Of a stretch of 64,000 nt of DNA, positions 26,998 through 35,705 are shown in pieces; positions within the stretch are counted from its first letter, which is position 1; each line of letters begins with the position of its first letter. Source of the DNA: a virus (taxonomy: Duplodnaviria; Caudoviricetes). The stretch lies in IMG/VR virus record IMGVR_UViG_3300031953_000001. The stretch is one strand, 5' to 3'. Position numbers and translations under genes: made by a program. The notes under the pieces were generated by a model that did no database searches, had not been told where the DNA came from, and saw only the letters and a list, made by a program, of their open reading frames with translations.

Positions 26998-28620
26998 ATG
27001 GACTCTCAACTATTAGAAGGGGTACTTGAGCGCACGCCTGAGATCAACCCTCGCATTGCAAACGGTCTGGCCACTGAGCAGCTCCTGGGGGCTGAGCAGT
27101 TTGTCGACGAGATCTTCCGCTGTGCGGCGGTGGATTTCCCAGACGGCCTGACCTATGAGGGATCAAGACGGTGCACACCCAACCAAGAGTTTAACGAAGC
27201 CACCCGCGCAAGAGACAACCGGCAAGTCTACGAGCTTGCCCAAAGCGACTTCTATTTAATGGAGTACCGCTTCAAGCACCACGGCGAAGACCTGTTCCCC
27301 CGTTACTTGTACTTACCGTACGTGTCTCAGGGCGGCATGCTCAGCGTTCGGGGTAAGAAGTTTGCCATCTACCCAGTGTTGGCGGACCCGGCCTTCAGCG
27401 TTGGCCCAAAGAACATGTTCATACAGCTAACCCGTGCGCGGTTAACGTTTGAGCGTGTTACCCACCACTACATGGCCAACAACGAACACGAAGCAACGTA
27501 CGTAGCTTGGTCTTGGGTCCACAGTACCGCCCGCAACCGGCAAAGACGTAAGTCAGGCAACGCCAAAGTCATCTATTCCACTATGGCCAACTATCTGTTT
27601 GTCAAGCACGGCTTCACCGAAGCCATGCGGGAGTATACAGGAGCTGACGTAGTAGTGGGTGAAGATGAGATCACTCCGAAGGATTACCCCCCTGAAGATT
27701 GGGTGATCTGCAGCACCGTGGGCAACAAGCCGCGGGCGTTTGTGGGAGGCGCTTACCGCAGTGCTCGAGTTCGAGTGGCGGTGCCTAGAGAGCAGTACAC
27801 TCAACCGGTGCGCTGTTTATTGGGCGGCTTCTTCTACATCGCTGACCACTTCCCCAATCGAGTCCGTGCCGAGTACGTTGACGACGTGTGGATGTGGAAG
27901 GTGATTCTAGGACACATCATCTACGAGCCAGGGACCAGCGAAGGCTTGATGGTGCAAGAGATCGAAGACCACTTGGTCTCTTTGGATGAGTATCTGGATT
28001 CCATCGTCTGGAAGGAACTGAAAGCAGCGGGGGTGTCGTGCAATGACATCTACGAGCTTTTCATGCACGTGGTTGAAACCTTGGCGCAGAAGACGGCGTC
28101 CTCCGATGTGGGGGTCTCCAGCATCTACGGCAAGCGATTGATCACTCTGAGGTACGTGTTGTTTGACATCGTCAGTCAGATCAACACCTTGATGTACAAG
28201 CTCCGCGCCGCGCAGAAGAAGCGCAGTAAGCTGGAGATCACTGAAATCAACAACCTGATGAACATCTACTTACGCAGCGGCCGTATTGCCAACGTCAGTA
28301 ACCACGCAAAGCACCCGGAGGTCAATCCCATCTCCACCTCGAACGACAACCTGTTCTTTGGCGTCACGTGCAACATGCTGACCCAGGACAATGCGTCAAC
28401 TACGGGGGGTAAGAAAGGCAAGATCAATCTCAACGATCCTAGCAAACACTTACACGCCAGCGTGGCGGAAGTTGGCTCATACAACAACATTCCTAAGTCA
28501 GACCCCACAGGTCGGAGTCGGATCAATCCGTTTATACACATCGGAGCCGACGGAATGGTGGAGCGCGATCCTGACAAGAAACCCTTGTTGGACCACGTTC
28601 AAAGAATGCTGATGCTGTAA
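26998..28620 (+). CDS. non-virion RNA polymerase subunit, beta N-terminal part (phiKZ gp123 type)
   Basis: About 540 aa; TP..NP.IANGLA start, LYLPYV..GG, PVL.D and H.S.AEVGS..N motifs; synteny after MCP. Confidence 0.8.
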   Translation: MDSQLLEGVLERTPEINPRIANGLATEQLLGAEQFVDEIFRCAAVDFPDGLTYEGSRRCTPNQEFNEATRARDNRQVYELAQSDFYLMEYRFKHHGEDLFPRYLYLPYVSQGGMLSVRGKKFAIYPVLADPAFSVGPKNMFIQLTRARLTFERVTHHYMANNEHEATYVAWSWVHSTARNRQRRKSGNAKVIYSTMANYLFVKHGFTEAMREYTGADVVVGEDEITPKDYPPEDWVICSTVGNKPRAFVGGAYRSARVRVAVPREQYTQPVRCLLGGFFYIADHFPNRVRAEYVDDVWMWKVILGHIIYEPGTSEGLMVQEIEDHLVSLDEYLDSIVWKELKAAGVSCNDIYELFMHVVETLAQKTASSDVGVSSIYGKRLITLRYVLFDIVSQINTLMYKLRAAQKKRSKLEITEINNLMNIYLRSGRIANVSNHAKHPEVNPISTSNDNLFFGVTCNMLTQDNASTTGGKKGKINLNDPSKHLHASVAEVGSYNNIPKSDPTGRSRINPFIHIGADGMVERDPDKKPLLDHVQRMLML

Positions 28621-28700
28621 AGATGTCCCATGGGGAGGGTCTAACGACCCTCCCCTTTTGAGGCCTTAACCTGTAAACTTCGACCCTAAGGAGTGATGTC

Positions 28701-29093
28701 ATGCCACCCGAGCAAATCAAACGGATACAGGGCGGGGCCCTGATTCTTGCATTCTACGCTGTTATCTTTGGACTGCCGTCGGCTATATTGAGTCGGAGTC
28801 TGTTGGATCTGTTAGTTCTGCCATTGGTGTTCGGGTTGCCAACGTGTTACCTAATGGGCGTCTTTGATTCTAAGGTGTGGAGGGTAAACCATGACCGTAC
28901 CAAAGAACATACGCGACTTCAGCGATCTGATTTGCCTGTGCCTCTCCGACGGGTGGGAGTTTACCCAAGGACCCCCGAGCGAAACCCAGTTGCAACAATG
29001 GGCCGCTCGAGGCCGCGCCGAACTGGCGTTCAAACGTCCGAGGTGTCATCCTCAAGACTCGTCGAATCACAGCTTACATCTGATTCGCTGTAA
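28701..29093 (+). CDS. membrane protein
   Basis: AAGGAG SD; two N-terminal hydrophobic segments; the 3' part overlaps the next ORF. Confidence 0.5.
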   Translation: MPPEQIKRIQGGALILAFYAVIFGLPSAILSRSLLDLLVLPLVFGLPTCYLMGVFDSKVWRVNHDRTKEHTRLQRSDLPVPLRRVGVYPRTPERNPVATMGRSRPRRTGVQTSEVSSSRLVESQLTSDSL

Positions 29094-29214
29094 AGAAGAA
29101 ACGCGGGTCCGGATGGGTCATACCCGATGGACTCAAGTGGGACTGTGGACAGCCTGGCTCGACACCACGTCCAACGAGCTTATCGATGTACCGTGTAGAT
29201 TTGATCGAGTTTAA
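28891..29214 (+). CDS. hypothetical protein
   Basis: GGAGG SD before ATG 28891. Confidence 0.55.
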   Translation: MTVPKNIRDFSDLICLCLSDGWEFTQGPPSETQLQQWAARGRAELAFKRPRCHPQDSSNHSLHLIRCKEETRVRMGHTRWTQVGLWTAWLDTTSNELIDVPCRFDRV

Positions 29215-29233
29215 AAGATATATCATCCAGGTG
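29210..29233 (+). promoter_or_regulatory. putative early promoter (TATATCAT class)
   Basis: TTTAAAAGATATATCATCCAGGTG. Confidence 0.6.
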
Positions 29234-29326
29234 AACTGGATACCAACAACCAATTCCAGGGGAGATCCACTGGGTCTCAAAATACTTAGGACACACGTCC
29301 AATGGTAAGTCTTTAGGAGCATATCG

Positions 29327-31411
29327 ATGCACAATCCCCAACAACACCTACCGGTGTCTGCCACTCAGGTGCAGCAACACCAGTTCGTAACTGGGAACCA
29401 AATGCCCACGTTACCGAACATACCCGAGGTTGGGACCCTGCCACGACAAGAGGTCGTAAACCTCCACATGGCTTTGGTACACACCTTACAAGGGTTGGCC
29501 CCAAAGTCGGCGATTCGAACGTTCATGGCCAACTTGTTCAGTTCGAACCAGTACACGAACGCAGGCTACTCTGAATTACTGGGGGCGGCCATTGACTACT
29601 ACACGGTGCTTAAACGCGACAACCAAGCCGACGTCCAACGGTGTGCTCAGTTGATCCTGGACGCCTACGTGCCTAAGGTGGTGGATGAGTTTGCAGCCCT
29701 GTTGGCGTTCTTGACCCCTCAACAGCAAGCGGATTTGAACTCCTTGCGAGGGCTGCGTCAGCAAATCGGTGAGCAGGTAATGCAGGCACATGGTGGCTAC
29801 CCACCCCAGCAGCCAGGAGGCTATCCGCCGCAACAACCGAGCGGCTACCCACCGCAGCAAAACGTTGGCTACCCACCGCAAGGACATTACCCACAGCAGC
29901 CAGGAGGCTACCCACCCCAGCAGAATGTGGGTTATCCCCCACAAGGCGGTGGCGGCTACCCACCGCAACACGCAGGTGGTTATCCTCCTCAAGCTGGTGG
30001 AGGCTACCCACCGCAAGGCGGAGGACACCCGGGTGGACCTGATCTGCGGTTTGGAACCGGAGGTTACCCACCGCATGGCGGAGGTGGACGTCCTACAGCC
30101 GCTTGGGGTGGTGGTGCGCCACCTGCACCTGCGATGGGAACACGGCGTCCTGCAGGACCGGGTGCCAACAGCATGCTGAATCAAGCCGGTAGTAACGCGC
30201 CTGTACAGGGCGGAGGGTCACGTCGTCCCACCGTCGGAGGTGTACATAACCCACACGAAGTCAACCCAACCACCAACGAAGTACCAGGAGCTGAAATGAA
30301 ACACATTGAACCGGAGAACCGTCAACTGGGTCACTGGTCCGCTGTGCATGAAATCAGACCCCCGGCTCCACCGATTGACCGCGAAGTAACGTTCACATCG
30401 GCTTCTTATATACCCGTACGCCGCATCGATCAAAAGATCGTCACCACTGAAAAAGACGGACGCACCCAATGGGGCGTTGTTGACCTTGAGGAAGGATTTA
30501 TGGATTACAACCAACACGAGCAAAACCAGAAGATGACGACCTTAGCCCGTCAAACTCAAGTAGGACCAAAAGTGGGACGTGCCGCGCACTGGGCCGATGT
30601 GTCTGTTCCCAACGTTGTTAGCGCCGACGACCCTAAAGACGAAGAACACTCGGAGTCGTTCAAAGCCGACGTAGCGGTTATCCTAAATGAGCCTGTGTTG
30701 GCGTATTCGTTCAGTCATGGCCGGAGTCAAGCGTTGGCCAGTGCTGAGACCTTAGGGGTGGAGTACAGCCCCGAGCGGGTCTTTGAGTATTACATAGATC
30801 TGATGACGCCCGTGGGCAGTGCGGTGGCGGCTGAACAGATCCAGAAGTTGCGTGAAACTGAAGATCTGGCTCACCTGGTTACGGTGTTGACGGAACTGGC
30901 GTCGGAAATGGACAGTCGCTTGTGGTACCAGATCCACGATCGATTGACTGCGGTGTTCTGTCGTCGTATGCGTGGTGGCATTGGCTTTCCTGCAGACATC
31001 ACCTCCATCGTCGACGATTACGAAGTGATCATGGGTATTTTGAAGAGTAAGTTCTCCGACCCGGCGGTGGACACATTCAAACGCAATGCGTTTGTAACTT
31101 GCCTGAGAGCCTTAAACCTAAGGGAAAGCAACAGCAAAACCTTAGTGGCGGAATCGGTCAGTGTGACGGAGCTGCCTTGGACCAGTCAAGAGATTGGGTT
31201 GGTGATGGAAGCCAAGTACTGCATGCTCAGTGCAGCGGTGAATGAACAGATGGCGGGGGCAGCTTTGGCGTTGTTTGAACGGACCAACGTGAAGAGTCGT
31301 CAGATGAATCGACGCTTCTGGGTAACCGCCGACAACGTGGTGATCGAGTTGCATCGAGGCGATATGGGTCAGAACACGTTCCTAATCTCCAAATCCGAAC
31401 TGTGCTGCTAA
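29327..31411 (+). CDS. conserved core protein with a central G/Y/P/Q low-complexity region
   Basis: AGGAG SD; 694 aa; GYPPQ repeats between two folded-looking domains; position after the nvRNAP gene. Confidence 0.8.
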   Translation: MHNPQQHLPVSATQVQQHQFVTGNQMPTLPNIPEVGTLPRQEVVNLHMALVHTLQGLAPKSAIRTFMANLFSSNQYTNAGYSELLGAAIDYYTVLKRDNQADVQRCAQLILDAYVPKVVDEFAALLAFLTPQQQADLNSLRGLRQQIGEQVMQAHGGYPPQQPGGYPPQQPSGYPPQQNVGYPPQGHYPQQPGGYPPQQNVGYPPQGGGGYPPQHAGGYPPQAGGGYPPQGGGHPGGPDLRFGTGGYPPHGGGGRPTAAWGGGAPPAPAMGTRRPAGPGANSMLNQAGSNAPVQGGGSRRPTVGGVHNPHEVNPTTNEVPGAEMKHIEPENRQLGHWSAVHEIRPPAPPIDREVTFTSASYIPVRRIDQKIVTTEKDGRTQWGVVDLEEGFMDYNQHEQNQKMTTLARQTQVGPKVGRAAHWADVSVPNVVSADDPKDEEHSESFKADVAVILNEPVLAYSFSHGRSQALASAETLGVEYSPERVFEYYIDLMTPVGSAVAAEQIQKLRETEDLAHLVTVLTELASEMDSRLWYQIHDRLTAVFCRRMRGGIGFPADITSIVDDYEVIMGILKSKFSDPAVDTFKRNAFVTCLRALNLRESNSKTLVAESVSVTELPWTSQEIGLVMEAKYCMLSAAVNEQMAGAALALFERTNVKSRQMNRRFWVTADNVVIELHRGDMGQNTFLISKSELCC
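29792..30076 (+). repeat. coding tandem repeat, ten GYPP[QH] units
   Basis: Repeated GGCTACCCACC(G/C)CA units read directly from the sequence. Confidence 0.95.
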
Positions 31412-31423
31412 CGCACGCTGAAT

Positions 31424-31453
31424 GAGAGAGGGCCTTCGGGTCCTCTCTTTTTT
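31424..31453 (+). terminator. intrinsic terminator
   Basis: GAGAGAGGGCC-TTCG-GGTCCTCTCT followed by a T-tract. Confidence 0.85.
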
Positions 31454-31508
31454 TGTGTACGCCCCCGACTTATCCGATGAGACGCCCCTTATTGATTCGG
31501 ATGATTTT

Positions 31509-31877
31509 ATGGAGATGTACATAGGCAACGTTGCCATGGTGATCGGCGAGTGCGACGTTGAATGCATACGACAGGACCTAGAACACTTTTACGGTATGAG
31601 CGTCGGCACCGTTCAACGCGTTACACCACAAGTCCCCTACTCTGGGGAAATACGGGATCGGGACAACACCTTGGTACACATCGCCACCCCGGTCAGACTT
31701 CCCAATGACTTATACGACACCACTACCGTTCGCAACAGCTTTGACTTGGCTGAGGTCGGTATGTCTGAAGACGCCTTTTCACGAGCTGATCTGGTTTTGG
31801 TGTTATTGCAAGATGATAAAGGCGGCGTGTACTACTATCCATACAAAGTAGCCATGTACCGTTCGTCTGAGGAATAG
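31509..31877 (+). CDS. hypothetical protein
   Basis: The track start lies inside the terminator; a likely start is 31509 or 31515. Confidence 0.55.
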   Translation: MEMYIGNVAMVIGECDVECIRQDLEHFYGMSVGTVQRVTPQVPYSGEIRDRDNTLVHIATPVRLPNDLYDTTTVRNSFDLAEVGMSEDAFSRADLVLVLLQDDKGGVYYYPYKVAMYRSSEE

Positions 31878-31879
31878 CT

Positions 31880-32389
31880 ATGCCATTGCGTATGTTTCAC
31901 CTTGTCCCTGAAGTAGATAACAAATTACACACAACCGAACACCGATATCGACTGAGTGACCCAGAGCTGATCGCTAAGATTTTACCCTCCCACGATGCAG
32001 GGGTGGATAGGGGCGTGATCGCCGGCCGGCTAAACGGTTTGGTGGAAGCTGCGATGAGTATGAATATAGACATACTGGTGGTGTCTCCCCCGGAGTCATA
32101 TCGAGGATTGCTTGAACTGAAGCTGACCAAAGCCGGACTTGTCGTCGCCTACGAAGATTATGCAATCTTAAGCGACGGGTCGCTGTACAAAGTCGGCTAT
32201 CGACTGGCAGCCACTGTCCCTGCTGCGCCTCACACCACCAACGCCCATGTCTGTTATGATCGTTGGGTAGCCACACAACTGGACTCCGTAAAAGAGTCCG
32301 AACTCTGGAAGGTCGTAGACCCATGGACCACATACCTACAACACGAACTACGGACTCACTATCAGAGCGAGCGGGAAACCTCGCATTAA
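31880..32389 (+). CDS. hypothetical protein
   Basis: GAGGA SD; 169 aa. Confidence 0.65.
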   Translation: MPLRMFHLVPEVDNKLHTTEHRYRLSDPELIAKILPSHDAGVDRGVIAGRLNGLVEAAMSMNIDILVVSPPESYRGLLELKLTKAGLVVAYEDYAILSDGSLYKVGYRLAATVPAAPHTTNAHVCYDRWVATQLDSVKESELWKVVDPWTTYLQHELRTHYQSERETSH

Positions 32390-32715
32390 CCCCCACCCTG
32401 ATCAATGGCATCACCTACATCCCCGCGGCCTTTGGCTTAGGAGTGATTGTAGATGGAGTCACCATCAGACGAACCCACATCAAAGTGTCTGCCCGCACCG
32501 GGGAGGGGCTCTTAGCAGACGCCTCAGTGATTAAGGACGAGTTGGTCTATCTCATCAATGCGACTTTAGGGCATTACGCTTGGGATGCAGTTCAGATCTT
32601 AGGCGCCGATGGTGGGTTGGTGAAAACCGTTGACAACCCACAGAAGCTACCCTCCGATTGCCGCCACCCACCGTTAAACCGACGCCATCTGGTGTATTTA
32701 GATCCTGCCCCTTAA
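32323..32715 (+). CDS. hypothetical protein
   Basis: ATG at 32323 with GGAAGG upstream; ends at a hairpin at 32725-32765. Confidence 0.5.
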   Translation: MDHIPTTRTTDSLSERAGNLALTPTLINGITYIPAAFGLGVIVDGVTIRRTHIKVSARTGEGLLADASVIKDELVYLINATLGHYAWDAVQILGADGGLVKTVDNPQKLPSDCRHPPLNRRHLVYLDPAP

Positions 32716-32768
32716 GTGACTCACACGGCATACGAGGAGGGCGCGTGCCCTCCTCTATATTTTTTGTC

Positions 32769-33599
32769 TTAGTTGTACACAAAGATCAACCGCCCCGCGT
32801 ATTTTGTAGACTGAGCGGATAACTCAATCACGCACACGTAAGCATAGGTGTGATCGCCTGTGAAGTACACGCCATCGTTGGCGCCGTTGTACACCACCAC
32901 AGACCCGGCCACGTTGTTCTCTCCAGGCGTCGTAAGGTCTACGTACCAATACGGCCGTGCCCCCAAGCCTGGCATCAAGATGCCTTCTATGCCATTAGCC
33001 CCAAGCACGTCTCCTACGGAGAACTCACTGAGTATCTCCTTAACGTCCGTGGCTGCCATGGCGCCCAGTCGTATCTCAGCGACTTGACGCGTGGTGTCCA
33101 GACTGGCCGGATAGACCAGATCGGCGTAAGTGCCTTGTACAATCACGGTGTTCAGCTCCGTTGGAGGCGCTGCGATCTCCAGAGTGAATCGACCGACCCA
33201 CATCAAGGACGCTGAGCGCATGGTGATTAAAATGGGCCCTAAGTACCCAATCGAGAAAGGTTCATCGTAGACGTCGTCCTCGGTCAACGCCAGGTGATAC
33301 TTTTTGTTGATCAATGGCAGCACTTCATGCACCGACGCCATCAACGGGGCTGCCACACGCAGCTCAATACCCGCCAACAGCAAACCAATATCTTGTCGCC
33401 TAACCCGAACGTTGGTTTGACCGGTGAATCGTTCACGGTCGTTGGATTGCACCGTGACTAAGATGTCGTTACTGCCGGCGATGGCCTCGACCGGTCCAAA
33501 GATCAAATCCTTTGGCGCAAAGGTCAAATTCAACTGACGGTTGATCTGACGCGTCAGGTAGGCCCGCGCGTCTTGTTGGTGCGGAAACGAGTTAGACAT
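32769..33599 (-). CDS. virion structural protein (baseplate-associated, phiKZ-like)
   Basis: Coupled to the 33592 gene; R.D...L and YA.V.VIEL...Y..G.L.F.YN features seen in phiKZ-like structural proteins. Confidence 0.6.
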   Translation of the reverse strand: MSNSFPHQQDARAYLTRQINRQLNLTFAPKDLIFGPVEAIAGSNDILVTVQSNDRERFTGQTNVRVRRQDIGLLLAGIELRVAAPLMASVHEVLPLINKKYHLALTEDDVYDEPFSIGYLGPILITMRSASLMWVGRFTLEIAAPPTELNTVIVQGTYADLVYPASLDTTRQVAEIRLGAMAATDVKEILSEFSVGDVLGANGIEGILMPGLGARPYWYVDLTTPGENNVAGSVVVYNGANDGVYFTGDHTYAYVCVIELSAQSTKYAGRLIFVYN

Positions 33600-35679
33600 T
33601 GCTGCTATCCTGATTCAACAGACTGACTCCTTCAAGCGAAACCCGGTAGCGAGCCACAGCGTTGTCGGTGATGTTGAACATCATAGACAAGTCGACGTTG
33701 ACACTACCTTCTCCGAGAGAATTGTTCAGTCGTATAGGCCGCACGCCAGCTTGGCGACGCAGTGTTTTATGGGAAGTGCTCAACCCAAGGGTGAGCGGCT
33801 CGATGCGGTGTATGTCAATGGGTTCCGCGGTGTGGTACACCGACGCTATGTCCGAGAACCTGGGCATTAAAGTATCCAAGATCCGATACGAGGTGCTGTT
33901 GATGGTAGTGAGGTATTGCACACTGTAGCTGGACAGTCGTCCCATCAATTGCATCATGGCGTCTTGTAACTGGGCTAAGGCACTGGCTGACCCGATTTCT
34001 TGACCGGTCACTGTGGTGATCACGTTGTTGGCCAACAAATCTAAGTCCAGCGCCCCCAGTTGAGCAAAGTCCAACCCCCGTTCTGCAAACCACTCGGTGT
34101 AGGCTTGACCCACCCCCAGATCGCAAGGCATGTCTCGATAACAGTAAGCCGCCGCGGCTTCCATCATTCCTCGGTTGAGGTGATACTCTGGAATGGCGTA
34201 GACTCCCCGTTGGTAGTTCTGAGCAAACTGCACCTGTTGACAAAATTCCCGATAAGCTGCGAGTGACACGTACACACCCATAGGCGGCTGATGTTCCAGC
34301 AACACAGCAAGCTGAGCCTCAGTAATCCGATTGGGGTCTACTAAGGCAAGCATCTGAGCGGTCGTCGGCAACGTCGGTTTACGCACTCGATTGGCGTAGA
34401 CTTTCGGGATGGTGTCTAAGACTACCCCACGAGCGCCGTTAAAGGCGTATAGGAAGACGATGAAGGCCTCTTTGGCCGTTAGAGCTACAGAGACCCCCGT
34501 AGTGGGGTCAGGTACGTTCACGATCGCCTCAAAGCGGTTGCTGGAGGCCAAGTAAAGCCAATGGTTAAGAAAGACTTCTTCCCGAGCAAAAGGCACGCTG
34601 TCGGTGGTGTCCAACAACGCCGATTCCAACACTTTGGTGGGCAGCCGGTTGCTGCGTGAGTGCACCATGGTGTTCACCACATCGTCCAAGACCTCATAGT
34701 GACGGTCTGAGTTAGAACGAGCGGCGGGGTACTGTTTGCTCATGACGTCGTCGACGGTGCGGCGGTTGGTGCTGCCGTCGCCTGGATGATCGTTGAGCGC
34801 TTGCCGGAACATTTCAATCTTTGGTCGTAACGCGTCGGTCTGATCGGTCTCGTCGTGACGCATCTCATAGCGCGCCAAAGGCAAATTGCGATCGCTGACG
34901 ATGTTTTGGATTAACGTTTTAAACGTCGACTGCTTACCGGCGTTGCGTTGCAGGTAATTAACGTTGCGATACAAAAACAGAGCCTGCTTAACCGTCATCT
35001 GAGGCAAGAAGGCGTCTAAGCCTGCGTGGCTGGCCAGGTACTCTCGAATGTGGAAGGTGTGGGCCTCTTCTGTTCGACAGGCCTCCAGGCGAAGGTTAAG
35101 CAGCTCAAGCGGCAGGTTGGCAAACAACACACCCAGTTGTCCCGCCGGATAATACTCGTCCGTAAACCCGTACCCAGGCACGGTCCACCGAGACATAAAC
35201 GCGTGTATCCACCGTTGCAGTTGGGGGATCAACGTAACTTCTTGAGATTCAACCAAAGTCGTATCGTAGTACAGGATGTCGCCATCTTGTGCACCGAGGG
35301 CTTTGTTGATATCAATGGGGTTTAAAATCCCCAGGATTAAGGTTTCCTGAGTCGGATAGCGCGCCACCAAGTCGCGATAGTATCGAGAACCGTACGCATA
35401 CGCCGACGCCGTAGCCCGAAAGATTTTCAGGTTATCGCGGGTAAACTCAATCTCCTCCAGCGTGTCCATGGACGTTACTGTCATGACCGTATCGGTTGGA
35501 TGATACAGACCTGCCAGATTCATATAGTACTTCCAGGTGTGAGGGTCGCTACTTAACGATTCACCGAAGCTTTGCAGCTCACGGTTGATGGTTTCAGCAG
35601 CGACCTCCGATTTCACCACCATTGTTTTAGCCAAGGTCATAACCTGGCTTACAAAGATGCGATAATACGCGCTAGACAT
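33592..35679 (-). CDS. virion structural/baseplate protein (phiKZ gp128 type)
   Basis: P.TWKYYMNLAG.YH.TD..M.V.S.DT.E.I.F, QE..LI..LQ.WI and LYRN..YL.RNAGKQ motifs; divergent from portal. Confidence 0.75.
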   Translation of the reverse strand: MSSAYYRIFVSQVMTLAKTMVVKSEVAAETINRELQSFGESLSSDPHTWKYYMNLAGLYHPTDTVMTVTSMDTLEEIEFTRDNLKIFRATASAYAYGSRYYRDLVARYPTQETLILGILNPIDINKALGAQDGDILYYDTTLVESQEVTLIPQLQRWIHAFMSRWTVPGYGFTDEYYPAGQLGVLFANLPLELLNLRLEACRTEEAHTFHIREYLASHAGLDAFLPQMTVKQALFLYRNVNYLQRNAGKQSTFKTLIQNIVSDRNLPLARYEMRHDETDQTDALRPKIEMFRQALNDHPGDGSTNRRTVDDVMSKQYPAARSNSDRHYEVLDDVVNTMVHSRSNRLPTKVLESALLDTTDSVPFAREEVFLNHWLYLASSNRFEAIVNVPDPTTGVSVALTAKEAFIVFLYAFNGARGVVLDTIPKVYANRVRKPTLPTTAQMLALVDPNRITEAQLAVLLEHQPPMGVYVSLAAYREFCQQVQFAQNYQRGVYAIPEYHLNRGMMEAAAAYCYRDMPCDLGVGQAYTEWFAERGLDFAQLGALDLDLLANNVITTVTGQEIGSASALAQLQDAMMQLMGRLSSYSVQYLTTINSTSYRILDTLMPRFSDIASVYHTAEPIDIHRIEPLTLGLSTSHKTLRRQAGVRPIRLNNSLGEGSVNVDLSMMFNITDNAVARYRVSLEGVSLLNQDSSNV

Positions 35680-35705
35680 AGCACACTCTCCGGAGGATGG
35701 GTTTT

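Noticed and set aside
28701-29214. 203-nt overlap of two plus-strand ORFs as a programmed frameshift
   Set aside because: Each ORF has its own SD and no slippery heptamer or pseudoknot was evident; a lost stop codon in the upstream gene is simpler.
29792-30076. Short tandem repeats as a possible CRISPR array
   Set aside because: Units are in-frame codon repeats of 18-24 nt with synonymous variation, no unique spacers and no cas genes.
31422-31508. Track start of the 151-aa ORF at 31422
   Set aside because: The ATG lies within a terminator hairpin and T-tract; a downstream ATG is more plausible.
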